DNA of 64,000 nucleotides, taken from positions 12,400,001-12,464,000 of the forward strand of contig OX597831.1 of NCBI GenBank assembly GCA_951406725.2, given 5' to 3'. The DNA is from Octopus vulgaris. Lineage: Eukaryota. Position 1 is the stretch's first letter. The number at the start of each line of letters is the position of its first letter. Below, in pieces: positions 1 through 14,071 of this stretch. The notes beneath the pieces are model-generated. The model searched no databases, had not been told where the DNA came from, and saw only the letters and a list, made by a program, of their open reading frames with translations. Both the position numbers and the translations under genes were made by a program.

Positions 1-420
1 TTTAGACATTATTAGAAGTGTTCTTTCTCTTATGCAATTCTGACTTTGATAATTTTGATAACTTTCTATTTGATTAACATCTGTTGAATTTTTCTATAAG
101 CTCTTGTAATATTCTCTCCAAATTTCCTTTATATCTTTCCATTCATAAAGCATATTACAATCTTTGTCTTTGATAAAAATCTTTTCTTGGTGCAAATTTC
201 CTTCTTATTAGTTTCATGCTTTGTGAATATCTCTAATGGTATGTGTTAGTGAATCCTTTTCAATCTCCTCAAAAATTTCATTGATGTTTTCCCCCTTGAT
301 ATTTTTCCGTCATGGTTTCAATTTCATGACTTGCCTGTTGACACTTTTCTTTGGCTCCAGATGATGCCATATCACTGGTTTTTACAGATCTCCTGTCTTC
401 AGTTTTATATAATACCACAT
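1..420 (-). mobile_element. RTE-clade LINE fragment (region between endonuclease and RT), decayed
   Basis: Frameshifted minus-strand translation EIFEEIEKDSLTHTIRDIHK/SMKLIRRKFAPR/KIFIKDKDCNMLYEWKDIKEIWREYYKSL resembles the RTE 'CEEIE...RKF.PR...IKDK.G..L.....I...W.EY..L' segment. Confidence 0.6.
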
Positions 421-559
421 CTGTTGTGTGGCAGATTTAATCTACTGCCTAACTTAACATCCCACATCTGATACCTTCAGAGACTTCAGTTGGAGCCCAT
501 CCAAGTATAAGCCCATGGACATCAATGAGACCCACAAAGCAAGATGGGGTACTACATAC

Positions 560-1418
560 ATATAGTCAGATTTCAATAAAATCTTTGCAGCAAGTGAGCC
601 GTGAAATAGGAATTTCAAAATGAATCATCCATTGCATTTTGAAGTAGTGTCATTAGAAAAGTTAGATTCAAAGAATAATCCATAATCTAATCAGAGATGA
701 TCCAGATCAAAAAGTGACATTTAGTGAATGGTACTGGGCAAGATGTGTAGAAGGAACACACTATCCAACAAAGATTGGAGTGTGAGGTTATATATAAAGT
801 AAATGGTTCAATTAACCACCATAACTGCATCTACATTGGACTGAGAATCCACATGTTAAGGAGGAACATGATGGTAATTTACTAAGAGTTACAGTATGGT
901 GTAGTTTATCATCAAAAGAATTATTTGAACCATTTACTTGAACATGCTGCAACAATCTGTTATGCCAAGCATTGAAGAGGACTTGAAGATGAGGGTTCCC
1001 ACATCACCATAGTTAATGTAAGGGCCTTGATGAAATTTTGTCAAACAGGAGGATTGGATGAAGGGGTTCAGTAGAATATCCTTTAGGTTTACTGAGACCT
1101 TACACCACTAGTCTTATTTTTTTTATGGGGATACTTAAAAGATTAAGTTTACAGTACAAAACCAGCAACAGACAATGAATTAAGGGCAGTCATTGAAGAG
1201 GATGCACACAAAAACCAAACGAAATGCTTCATGACATTTGTGATTCCATTGCTTTACATTCTCTGTAGTGCATAGACCAGAGAAATCATCAAATTGAAAA
1301 AGGGATTCATTAAAAAATTGACGTAGATTCCATTGAATTTGGAAAACGAAATGTATTTTAATAAACAGTGACTTTATAATTATTCAATGTGCAATACATT
1401 TTGGCGGGAGACCCTGTA
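560..1418 (+). mobile_element. Tc1/mariner-superfamily transposase remnant with 3' TIR
   Basis: Broken frames give KSLQQVSREIGISK, DDPDQKVTFSEWY, KVNGSINHHNC..ENPH, VTVWCSLSSKELFEPF, RRIG*RGSVEYP and DLTPL..F/LWGYLKD*VYSTKP. Ends in ACCCTG|TA at 1411-1418. Confidence 0.8.
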
Positions 1419-2428
1419 TCTAGAAATATATATATATATATATGCAGCTAATGATATATGTTTCTTTTGGAACAGCAATCCCAATTAGTCTATAAAAATT
1501 GTAACCAATGTTTATAGACTTTTGGGGTCTTATTCTCTGGCTGAAGTGGTCTATTGGTCACATTTGTTACTATTGTCTATCTTTATTATCAATTTTACAG
1601 TAGGCAAGAATCGTGAGAATAATGTTACATGCTTGTTTATCGTATCATTCGACATTTTTCAGCAATTATTTATTTACTTATCTTTTTTTTTACTTAAAAT
1701 TTTTTTTTTTCCTATCCAGAATAAACCCAGGAATATTTATTGTTCTGAACAAAATATAATAACTAATAAGGATAAATGAAAAATTCTTTGTAGGATAAAG
1801 AAAAACATAAATAAAACATCTTTTGTATATAATTGTGCTTTTGGTAAAAGATGACTAACAGAAAATGCTGTCTGTAATTACATAAACATAAAATTGGGCA
1901 ACAGTAGAGCGAAAAATGAAAAATGTTCTATAGATTTCCATAAAAACAAATAAACTGATCTAGTGCCAAATAAACTCAGGAATTCTGGATACAGCAAAAA
2001 GAAAAACAAACAAACAAACAAACTAGAAATGGAAATTCTACAATTAAAGAAAGATATTGATAAATCAGTAAGTAACAGACATTTATTATATAACATTCAC
2101 ACAACTATTGATAATTTACAGTCATCTCTTTCACATGGAATAAGAAATAATAGCATAAAAAAAAAAAAGAAAGAAGCTAAGCAGACTCTATAATGGCAAA
2201 AATCATGCTGCCAACATAGGAAGATCAATTTGTTAACCTTGCACATCCTACATACTGTCTAAATCAAATTACACTTCTCATCTGTGGTACCAACTTCAAG
2301 GGAAATATAACTATAATCAAATGAAAGCTGAACTTCACTAACTCTACCATTCCCTAGAGAATTTCCTTCACGAGGGAAACATAAAAATGGACAGACAACT
2401 TGAAGATTTACACCAGGGCAAAAGCAAT

Positions 2429-2430
<2 letters not shown>

Positions 2431-2491
<61 letters not shown>
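2431..2491. repeat. (AC)n microsatellite, representative of dozens of (AC)n/(TA)n/(TAA)n tracts
   Basis: About 30 perfect AC units. Confidence 0.95.
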
Positions 2492-2493
<2 letters not shown>

Positions 2494-4923
2494 GCAATAA
2501 ATAAGCATTTAACTAGAAACTCGAACAAGTTCTGCATGATGTAAAAAAAAAAATGATAAATAGTATTATGCAAAACTGATAAGAGTAATGGAGAAATACT
2601 AATATATCACACACACACACACACAAACAAACAAAAAAAATCAATCTCCTACATGATAAGAAATTTATAAGTAATTATAGAAGATTCATGAATTAAGATT
2701 CAAGCTAAAGTAGTTAATTCTAGTTGCAAATGCAGAACTTGGGTCTATTAAAGGCCACTATTTTACAAGGATTAATTCTTTGGCAACTAATATGTTATGG
2801 AACTGTGAGAATTCACAAACAGTATAACAATGGTCCAAAAGTTACCAGAACAAAATCAACAGTCAAGACTAATGAATGATTAGATAATATTATGAAGCAA
2901 TATATACACCAGAAAGATATGATATATATACAGTATACATTATATAGATATATGCAATATATATTCAATATAGGTTGAAGTTTGAGTCAACAGTTGAGTC
3001 TGCCCTGGTAGAAATAGCTACTAAATCCTCATGAAATTGCATTTGACAAGTAGAATAAACACACACACACACACACACACAAAGAAAATATAAAAATGAC
3101 AAATAATAAATGCCTACACACACATAGAGATAGTGGAGGTCTGTGTAGATAGATATTAGGGATAAAATTACTTTGCACAAGAGCTTTTAGATTTTTTCTG
3201 TAAATGCAGTATGGCAAAAAAAAAAAAAGAAAAAAAATCAATAACAGATAAACAAACAAGTTTGAAAGGCAAAGCTGTAGAACACCACACAGAAAGAAAT
3301 TCAACAAAGTAAATATGACATAACATCCAGTAAAAACAAATTGCAAACAAAAACTTTTGCATGAACTGAATGCACTTTGGTTATCGAAAAGATGAACATG
3401 TTATGAAAAACAGATCAAACAGAATATGCATGACATCCAATCCCAATCTATCATTAATAATAATATTACTAAAACACCCAAGTTTAAAAAAAATAAATCA
3501 CCTTCTCAACGAAGCCACGAACCTGCAATTCATAAAAGTTTTAGATGACTAATGTTTATTTAAAATCTTTATGCAAACATGGCATTGTTACATTGGTCAT
3601 ACAAGTAAGACCATTTTAAAAACAAATGACTATGCATTTACAAAGAAAAAAACAACAAAAACCCACACAAAAAAACAATTGCAACTCATTATGTTACAAA
3701 ATACAAATATTTCAATAGTGAAGCAGATGAGGGAATGTATGAGAGGGACTGAACTGCTAGAAATACTAGCTGAACTGACTCAAATCTTGTACAATGCTGT
3801 TAAAAAATTAACACATTTGATAATGTTGTCCTTGGTATATGAAAACATCGAATGCTCATGGATAGAATATTTTTTGATCTTAGGTTTACATTAAAAACTA
3901 ACTTGGAGGTAAACAACAAAAATTTAAAAAGAGAAATCTTCAGTGTTTTCCTAAAAATTCAAAACAAAAATAATGTTCATCATAGAATACATAATTTATC
4001 AAAATACAAAGCATAAATCCCCACACAGTGTTACATGATATAAAGAACTCGAAACCATTACTAAAAAAGCAGAAGGCGAAACTGGAGTTAACAGCAAAAC
4101 ATTTCAAATTCACCATGATACCAATAAGTCAACATTATTTTGATGTGTTTGTTTTAAGTTTTGTTTTTCCATGCTGGCATGACTTAGATGGAAGAAAGGG
4201 ACTCAAATGTTTTTGGGCTAAACGTGCTTATTTTTACTATTCCTGACTGGTTCTTCAAAAAAGGGATTTATACTTTATTTAAGATTAAATTGAAGGCACA
4301 AAGTTTGTGGATAGAATTAGCTAGATGATAAGAAATGATAACAAATACAACCAGTCACTAAGAATATAACCATTTGTAGTCATAGTTCAATGTAGTTTTG
4401 TGCTTGTGTGTGTGTGAGCGTGCATGTGTGTGTGTGTGTGAGCGTGCATGTGTGTGTGTATATATATATATATAATGACATTGCGTAGCAAAATGAAAAC
4501 AAGTTTCTTTAGCAAGAGATAATTAGGGTTATATTAGCTAAATTCAGGGTGCTTTCTTCCACATATGAAATCAGTTTTGTTCTAGCACATCCGGATTTTG
4601 ATCTCTGCATGATGGCAAACTTTTGCTGGCTTCACTCTTCTGGAACTTCATGCTAATGATTTTGACAGTGAAATCAGTGCTGTAACTTTTTTGTAGAAAG
4701 TTTTTTTCTAAATCTACATTTTTATTTTAACAGTGATTAACTAGTTTAGTACAGTAATAAATTAGATGCAATGTTCACAAGATTAGACACTTTTTCTGTA
4801 AATGATGAGGGATATCTTGTAGATCAGGTAGATGTGATTGAGCAAATTAGATTTCATATTCATAAGAGCACCCTAAGATTAACTAATATCACCTCATGTA
4901 GTGTTAGCTAAAAAAATGAATGC

Positions 4924-5129
4924 TATGCAGTATTATTATCTATAGAAATAACAAACAATATTATATCTTCATAAAAGCTAATTTACCAGTTGGTTTAATA
5001 CTGAAGGTGGAGAAAAACTGAGCAATCATCAGAAAAGGCTTCCTTCGAACATTTTTCTAGGAGTTTTTCTCAGTTCCTGATACGAAACCAATTGATAAAT
5101 TGACTATTATGAGAAAATCATACTGCATA
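4924..5129. mobile_element. Imperfect ~200-bp palindrome, probable MITE
   Basis: Nested inverted arms: TATGCAGTAT (4924) / ATACTGCATA (5129); TCATAAAAGCTAATTTACCAGTTGGTTT (4969-4996) / AAACCAATTGATAAATTGACTATTATGA (5085-5112); GAGAAAAACT / AGTTTTTCTC. Confidence 0.55.
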
Positions 5130-5204
5130 ATATTAATAATAATATATCACTCTATTATGCAGCATGAATGCTTGTTTTTCTAAGTCATGGAATTTTTTTT
5201 ATAC

Positions 5205-5239
<35 letters not shown>

Positions 5240-5689
5240 AACTGTAAAGCTGCATGGCAATGAGATATGAGCCATGAATGAAGAGGACATGAGAAGACTC
5301 TCAGCAGTATCTCCATTACTATCCTGCTGCTAGCATCTTTCTGGCTTCTCCAACTCATTCACCCTCGGCCCTCAATTCTTCCCAATCTTTGCAGATGTTG
5401 CCTCCCTCCCTCCCTCTCTCCTATTTCATCTATACTCTCCATCCCATACACTTTCACAAGCTCCCACCAACTACAGTTCCTCCTACCTGAAGCACCACCA
5501 GAACACCTCACTACCACGAACTCATTCTCTCTCTCTCTCTCTCTCTCCTAAATGTGAGTAGCCATATAGCTCCTCTGCACAAGAACCTGCTCTACTCCAA
5601 CCTCTTCCCTCATACCTTAACCTCCATTTAACATAAGTATGTGGCACCCACTTGTTGGGTTTGTAGACCTCTAAGCAGCATCGTGACTT

Positions 5690-5955
5690 CAGCAGGGGCA
5701 GTGGCAAGAGAAAAGCACCCAGTACACACCCAGTACACCCAGTAAAAGCACCCAGTACACCCAGTAAAAGCACCCAGTATGCCCAGTACACATTGTAAAG
5801 TGGTTGGCATCAAGAAGGGCATCCTGTCATAGAAAACATGCCAAAGCAGATACTGGAACACGATGCAGTGTCCCTGGACTCATTAGATCTTTGTCTAACA
5901 ACTCAACCCATATCAGCATGGAACAAGAATGTTAAATGTTGCTGATGATGATGAT
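5690..5955 (+). mobile_element. (GAT)n-tailed SINE 3' portion with an internal CACCCAGTA minisatellite expansion
   Basis: AAAAGCACCCAGTACAC...GTGGTTGGCATCAAGAAGGGCATCC...AGCATGGAA...GATGATGAT matches the copies at 26.4-26.8 kb and 43.5 kb. Confidence 0.75.
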
Positions 5956-5963
5956 AATCACAC

Positions 5964-6002
<39 letters not shown>

Positions 6003-6393
6003 ACTGATAAAAACATCTTGTAGAAAATGACAGTAGGAAAGTCTAAAAACATTGATGGACTTAGAGACTTAACTGCTGCAGTCAAAAGAAGACTAATAAG
6101 GAAATAAAAAAACATGAATAAAGTAGAAATAAAACAAGATCTCAATGGCATCTTTTTTTCTTCATTTTAATAAATGTTGAAATGTATTTTATAACACATT
6201 ATCATTATAAATAAAACCTGTCAACTATAAAATGTCAATAACAAAAGACAGCAGTAATGCAATAATGACTTGTAGAAGATAAGAAAAATATTTACACAAT
6301 ATTATCAGTGCAATATAATGGACTAATAAGAAAATCCTTTAAACAAAGCATAAAACAGTCACATAAGTATTTTGAGAATGTAAACATATACAT

Positions 6394-6452
<59 letters not shown>

Positions 6453-7104
6453 TACTTAGACATATTATACACACAAATACACATTTACTCAAACATTTAT
6501 ATATAATAGCATCATTGAATTCCAGTATTATATGAAAACATGTTGTCCTTGGGAAAACGATTTACTTTGTTTGGAAAGAGGTGTGGTTTGGCAACAGGAA
6601 GAGTGACCAGCCATCGAAAATATACCTGAATAGACACCATCCAACACATGCAAGCATAGAAAAGTGGATGTTATGATGATGATGACGATGATACAACATA
6701 TGTCATTGGTCGAAAAATTATGCAGGCACGGAGGAAAAATTGCATTTGATATGAGAATTCGAGGTTTATCGTATTTATTAAAACTTGAACATTTCACTAA
6801 CATTAGTCCATGTACCACATCTCTGATCAGAGCATGCCCGACCCCTGTGTTGCTAATTTCCCTTGCACTTGCTGTATGTTTTTTGAACCAGTTACCCACC
6901 ACCAAAAAGATATACCACAGAGGATTGGAGTGGAACACAAAATTGTGAATAAACTGGTTACAAGTGGAGATGCCACTATCTCTGCAGTACATTTGCCTAA
7001 GTTGGATGAATGTTTCGAGAAATATATTTAGTCATATAAACTCTGCTAAAAAAGAGGAATCTCAGAATTATTTCAGTTTATGAATCAGAGCTGTCCAAAA
7101 TAAT

Positions 7105-7300
7105 AGTTTCAGATTTTGGCACGAGGCCAGCAATTTTAAAGGAGGGGCTTAGTTTGATTACATTAACATCAGTGCTTATTTTACTGACCCTGAAGGAATG
7201 AGCAGCAATGTTGACCTTGGTGAGTTTGAACTCAGAATGCAAAGAGCTGGAAGAAATGCTGTTAAGCATTTTGTACGAGGAACTAACAATTCTGCCAGGT
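7105..7300 (-). mobile_element. (ATT)n-tailed SINE family copy
   Basis: Reverse complement reads GGCAGAATTGTTAG...AAATGCTTAACAGCATTT...TTCTGAGTTCAAA...CATTCCTTCAGGGTCAGTAAAATAAG...AAAATCTGAAAC, shared with copies at 21.6, 37.7, 43.9 and 45.5 kb. Confidence 0.7.
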
Positions 7301-8164
7301 TACTGATAAAATAATAAAATTTAATGAATCATTTTTTTTTTTATATCAACAACTAACGATTGACAACTTGAGATGTTTCACCTTTATATGAAGTTACAGA
7401 GAGGTGCTATGCTTCCCTGAGGAAGCTTTAAAAATAAGAGAGAGAAATCAATATGTATCCAGTGTTGTCTTACATTCTTGCTAATGAGAAAAACAATGAA
7501 CATGGATTGATATTATATAATTTTTTTTTTGTTTTACCTTATGTGTGAATATACTCTGGGTGTTTAATAGATTAATTAATAAATTATTAAATATGCTTTC
7601 ATCGGCATAACTACCTAATTATTAGAAAAAAAATACCCAAATAAATAAAAGCACATTCAAGAAATAATTAACCTGTTTAGTATTGAACGTATGGTTTGAG
7701 CTGAAGAATCAATTAGTAGAGTCAGGTGTCTATACAAGCAGAACTACAAGTGGCATCAGTCAACAACTATATCAACAACAACAACAACAACATGACTATA
7801 GAAAATGTTGAATTCACAACTACGTTTCTAGACATATATTAAGTGCTACTATATCCTGCTAAAATATATATAAATATGTATCAAAATGTTTTCCAAAAAT
7901 AGTTTGTCAGAGAGCATCTATTTTGATGTCTCCCACCTTACTGCCTCCCACCGCCAACATCCCCCACCACTTATCAAAGAAACCTACACAGACTGTCAAC
8001 AACATCGCAATCTACTAGTGCTTTTATTCTGTACTAAAGTATCTGTGTACATGTGTAAATGTATGCACACACACGCATATGTACGTATGTGTAATGCGGG
8101 TCTCTTAAGTGAGATGTATTTTTTATGTTTTGCTTTATTTTTCAATTATTATTATTGTTATCAC

Positions 8165-8213
<49 letters not shown>

Positions 8214-8900
8214 GTTGTTATTAATATTATTATTATTATCATCACCATATAAAATAAAATGTCAACTTCAATAGACAGTATGCTTCTCTAGATGTTTTAC
8301 AACCCTTGTCAACACAAGCTTTCAGTAAGAAGTTTATTTCTTTTGTCCTTTTAGTATTTAAGTGCACTTTCTTTCAATCTCCTTGTAAACGTTGACAATA
8401 AATCTGAACTCAATAGATCTGAATGAGTAAACGAAGTGGTAAGGCACTTTGTACAGTATGACTTTTAATATATTGTCCAGTGTAGTGAAATGTCCCATAA
8501 CATGATTAGAGAGCCACTTCATCTCAATTCTATCAGTGTTTTAACTTGCTTTTGTAGTAGACATATTTATAACAAACCAACAAAGAAACATCTGTATGGA
8601 GCCACTTCTTGCAGTACAAGAAATAGCAGCCATAACTAGCATAAATCCCCCACCCCAACCACCATGAATAAAAGGAGATACTGGATAAAAAAATTAAAAG
8701 ATAAGATGGTTACAACAAAGAAAAGTTTCGTGAAATGTCAGCTTAATCAGAGCAAATACAGTACCAGGTTGTAACAACAAAAATGACACAGAGACACATA
8801 AGATATGTATAATAAAAAAGAAAGAAAATGATAGAATGGCTAGAGTAGCTTTTGTCATAGAGGGTATAGCTAAATTTGATGATTTATATGTCTCCTTTCT

Positions 8901-9676
8901 TACAGGAACAGCTTGGTTTATTGGTGAACAATCAATGTGCTGGAAAGCAAAAACATCAAAGTTGTAGTTGGGAAAAAGTTAGCTGAGGATAGAAAGCCAT
9001 CTGAATAAAGGAAAAGAGTTATCCGTATGATGATAATTTGTGATGGGTATCAAAATGCCAGCATCATGACTGCTGCTCAATGCTCTGTGAACTCTGCAAA
9101 GGCTGTAAGATGTGACATGGACAAATCTCACATTTCATGAAAACCAAGTTCTCTCAGACTGTGATGGTGTTTGGGTGTGAGGGCGATGTTATGCCACTCC
9201 TCATCTTTGAAGCTGTTGGAGACTGGGGTCAAACTTTGGCTGGAGGTGACGTAGTTGTTATTGGAAGGCTATTTGTATGGCAACAGGATTTGGCTCCTTG
9301 CCATATCCCCAGAAAGAGTCAGAAGTGGGTGCCGGAGAATTTCTATGACTCCACCAGCCCCAATTTCTAGCTTCTTAATTCCTCTGATTCTAATCCCATG
9401 AATTACTATGTGTGGGACATGATTGAGAAAGACACCAACTGCTTTGATTGCAACATCAAGGCTGAGCAGATGACCAAGGTCAAGGAGGAATTCAAAGATC
9501 TCAGGGAAACATTACAGTATGCATGTGCCATGTTCTGGAACCATCTGTGGTGTAACCTGAGACGCCTTAATTTAGTTGACACTTTTTGAATTTTTTAACT
9601 ATTTTTATTTTGGAATGTGATATTGTGTTTTTTTCCCGCTTTATGCAAACTGTCAAATTTAGCTTGAACACCTTGC
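8901..9676 (+). mobile_element. Tc1/mariner-superfamily transposase remnant
   Basis: ORFs 9137-9370 and 9398-9589 give KTKFSQTVMVFG...FVWQQDLAPCH...SQKW...F*LLNSSDSNPMNYYVWDMIEKDTN, a degenerate QDxAPxH...WPxxSPDxNPxDYxxW catalytic region. Confidence 0.75.
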
Positions 9677-12194
9677 TGGTTTGCTCAATCTAGGCTGATA
9701 TGGAGTTAAAACAACAACACATTCCAGATCAAATGTGTATTGTTAATTTAAAATCTTAATAGCTACACATTGGAATAACTCAGTTTCAAAATTAACTAAA
9801 TGCTCATTTTGAAAGATCAACACAAAAATAACAAAAAAACTAAAAAGTTATCAGCCTAATAAATGCATGCACAATGGTACTAAACGCATTTTTGTACACT
9901 CAGACATGATAAGACCTCCAACACTGTAGAAATATTCTCAAGAGAACAACACTCTCCTCAGAATGTGTGAAAACATATTGAGCTATGAATGACATCATCA
10001 GCCACAAACACTATAAAGCTTTTTACAACCCTTTAAAAACAGTTGTTCTCATATATAAAGGTGGCAAACAGTAAACATTTTGGTGTGTACAAGATAACAA
10101 TCTCTAAGTGCACTGCTTGCTTTAGCAGTAATCATCCGTAACTTGGGGCTTATTCTTCCCTTCTCTGAGAAGTCAGAGAGGCTCCACAAGAAGAGAAAAG
10201 AAAAACAAACAAACAAACAAAAAAAAGAAATCATAGGTGTTGTCCTTCTGATTAAGCACCTAAAGAATTCTCTTGTTAGTTCATTCCTATTACATTTCTA
10301 TGTCATTTCAGATATCTTCTACATTGGTTCATACACTTTCCTGTTATTTGCACTAATTTTCCCTTCCATCAAATTTAACTCCTCCATTTCTAATTATTAC
10401 ATTTTTCTCTGATTTCATTGTCCAAGTTTTTACCTCTTCAAACCTGATGCCCACACACACACACACAATCAAATAATGTACCTTTTAAATAGACTGTTTC
10501 TGAAAGCCACTTTGAAAGGAACTCATCATGTAATAACAACTGTGCCACAAGAACTATAACATTTTGTTACTTGATTAACAAAACTTTGCTACTTTACAAT
10601 CCACTTAAATGTCTGAAAAGACCACAGGCTTCAGTTCTTCATTGTATATACTGTCTATTACACAAATTGTTGGAAGTATGACATCCACAAACCGTAGTAT
10701 TCTTCTTATAACAATGCGGACATGTTTTGCTCAAATTGTCTGCTGTTTGCTGACTGAATTATATAAGCTGTATTAGTATATTCTCAACACACTTCTCATT
10801 AATTACAATTCCTCTCCCTACACCACTTTTTCTTTTTTTTTTTTGCATATTTGAGTAAAGATATGAATATTTTGTCAATGTAATATTTTCTGAAACAGCC
10901 AGTGCATCCAAATGTTAACATTGGTATATGACAGCTGGCATATTCTACAAGCAGTCCAAGATTACTTTACCATAGTCACTGTCAAAGAAATGTTTCATGT
11001 ACTGAATTTATATCTCAATACAGGTGAAAGTACTCAATAAATCATCTGGCCATTTAATGCTGCTCATAGTTTTAGCATAATGAACATTCAAGAAACCGTT
11101 TTGACAATGTACCAGCGCTAATGCACTTTCAATATTCCATTTATCTAAAAGAAAACAGTTGTCTTTCCTATGTCACAATGGATAATAATAGCAACGACTT
11201 TCCTCCAGGCAATTTTCAATAATTCATTAAAAATAATGACATAGAGCATATTGAAACCACTGTTTAATATACAAGCATACAACACATACACACACACACA
11301 TATACATATATATACATACACTTACAAACACACACACATATGTATACATACACATACTCACAGATACACATGAATACATACATATACACACATACATACA
11401 CATATACACACACACACATTAGTGCTTAATTAAGTAAACTCCTTTCAGAAGACATTAAGCATGCTCCTTTATATATCTCATTCAGTTACGAGACCAACTT
11501 AAAGTCTACACTTAAATGACATGGGAAAATTCTGAATATTTTAATGTTTCTGAAAACATTTTAAAAATCATTCTTAGATCAGGAAGTAGCATAATATTTT
11601 AGTTGTTGCCAGTTTATAAATTTAATACAAACAATATTTAATTATAAACAACTGTTTGTTAATGTTGATACACGGTATTGTGCAATATCAGCATTTTTAA
11701 CGAATAACCGTCTGAGCCAACAACTGAATGACTCCCCAGGTATTGAGTACACTTTGCTCATAGGAAAAATTTTGCTTGCTTTCAAATATGAAAGTGTCTG
11801 AGGCCAACAGTTTTAAGGGGAAGGGGTAAGTAAATACTATTGACTCCAGCACTCTCCAGAAATTTGAAAAGGAAAGTTTCCCTCACCCTTATGGCCAGAA
11901 CAGTAATTTCTATACAAATCGCAAGTCAATGAATTAAAAAAATTAAGTATTCCTTATTTTTATTATCCTAGATTCAACCCACCAGTTCATATGCCTTTGT
12001 GATTTGACCCTAGAACAAAACAAGGTTATCTGCCCCTTCTATACAATCATACAACTTGTTAGATATAGTATCTGTATTTTTAAATCTTACATTAGATGAC
12101 ATATCATCTTAGCTCTCTAACGAAATATGTAGCATTAGTATCTCACAAATTATATTTATGAAATATATATAAAAAAAGGCAAGAAACTAAAGTA

Positions 12195-12400
12195 TCATCA
12201 TTACCATCACCATCATCATCATCATCATCACCATTTAATATCTGTTGTTCATGGTGGCACAAGTTGAACAGTTCAACTAGAGCTGACAAGCCAGAAGGCT
12301 TTGCTAAGCTACAATGTCTGCTTTGGCATAGTTTCTACAGCTAGGTGCCCTTCCTAATCCCAACACAACTTTACAGTGAATACTGGGTACTTTTTTTTTC
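12195..12400 (-). mobile_element. (GAT)n-tailed SINE fragment
   Basis: (CAT)n followed by TTTAATATCTG...TTTCTACAGCTAGGTGCCCTTCCTAA...TACTGGGT. Confidence 0.65.
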
Positions 12401-13065
12401 CTACTCTTGGCACAAGTGGGGCCACCAAGTAACTAGAAAGAACTGGAAAGACTAAGCAGGAAAATGAAAGAAAGAGCTACTGAAAAGACCATAAACCCCA
12501 GTTTCCAAAGCTCTGGAGGAGGCAAGAGAAATCCCTTTTGTGCCTATTATTAGAAATAGAAAAGCAAACAACACATTCCCTAACAGCGCTTGTGAAGAGT
12601 ACTACACCATCATTATGTGATGAGGAAGAAATAACCTCAGTAGATGAAAACTTAGAAAATGTTTCAAAAAAATATTAAAGGAAAAGGAGAAAGGATCTCA
12701 AAAAAGGAAAAGTTAACACAAAATAACAAAAATAGGTAAGCAGGATCGAATTTGGAAAGTAATGCGTTAGAGTTCTACACTATTGAATATCTCAAAAAAT
12801 GCTTACTGACCATACCCAACCTAACCAATAATAGTTCATGCTTGATTTCCTTTTAATTAAATTATTTTAATTATTATTGTGCTTTAATCATCCTCTTTTT
12901 TTATTTCCATGCAAATATATGAACTTGAGGGTTCTCTCCACCCTTTCATATTTATAAACTTGTCTTTTATACATCACTCTTCTGTGTGATCCTCTTGAAA
13001 TGGTTCCTATTTTTGTATCTCTTTGAGCCCTTGTGACTAATTCAGAAAAGATTTATTTTATTATA

Positions 13066-13539
13066 TCTGTATATATAAAAAGCAGGATGTGTGTGTGTGT
13101 ACGTGAATGTAATTTATGCATGTCCACAAATTGGCACGCATGTTGCTCCAGTTTTAAGAGGACATTCGTCATGATCCTAGCTGTATTTTTGTCAACTTAT
13201 TTTTACCAGAGGCACCAGCAAATAGCAGTAAAATTAAATTTTCAACCAAAACTTTTAACAATTTTCAAGTCGGAGAAATCACCATTGTTTGCAAACAGGA
13301 GTTAAGTCCCCTTCGAGCAACAGGTAAGTTTTTGTTAAGACTTTTGTTGCTGTTTTTCCATCGAGGAAAAAAGTGTTTTGTTGATATACGGGCAACATAC
13401 ACACAAAGATATATGCAATAGGTGTACGTACGTGTGTGTGTGTTGCCCATATATATATGTATATATATATGTATATATATATATGTATATATATATGTAT
13501 ATATATATGTATACATATATATGTATATATATATATATG

Positions 13540-13593
<54 letters not shown>

Positions 13594-13938
13594 AGGGGTA
13601 AAGACCCCCTTCGGTCATGAGTGACCATGGGTTTGCACCTAGAGAGTTACCCTCTGAGGCACAAGTCTGGGCAAGGTTGTTTTATGGAAGACAAGTAGTC
13701 GCCCATGCATACCAGCCTCCCCTCTCCACGCCACCAGTGTTATCCAAGGGAAAGACAAAGGTCGATACAGCTTGGCACCAGTGACGTCGCAACTCATTTC
13801 TACAGCTGAGTGAACTGGAGCAACCTGAAATAAAGTGTCTTGCTCAAGAACACAACACGCAGCCTGGTCCGGGATTCGAGCTCACAACCTCACGATCGTA
13901 AGCTCGACGCTCTAACCACTGAGCCATGCGCCTCCATG

Positions 13939-13971
<33 letters not shown>

Positions 13972-13972
13972 G

Positions 13973-14003
<31 letters not shown>

Positions 14004-14030
14004 GTATATATATATATGTATATATGTAAA

Positions 14031-14071
<41 letters not shown>

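Noticed and set aside
5716-5790. Short direct repeats with small spacers, superficially CRISPR-like (also GGTGGCACGTAAAAAGCACC twice at 43.5k and AGGAAAAAACAT three times at 63.27k)
   Set aside because: Eukaryotic SINE-internal slippage repeats with no unique regular spacers and no cas genes.
5522-5861. Signal-peptide-like, Cys-rich ORFs (MYWAYWVLLLGVLGAFTGC...)
   Set aside because: Antisense translation of the CACCCAGTA minisatellite inside a SINE.
13860-13935. tRNA-like sequence (also 46964-47035 and 53692-53765)
   Set aside because: Continues into SINE body and tail and lacks a complete acceptor stem, so it is a SINE head and not a tRNA gene.
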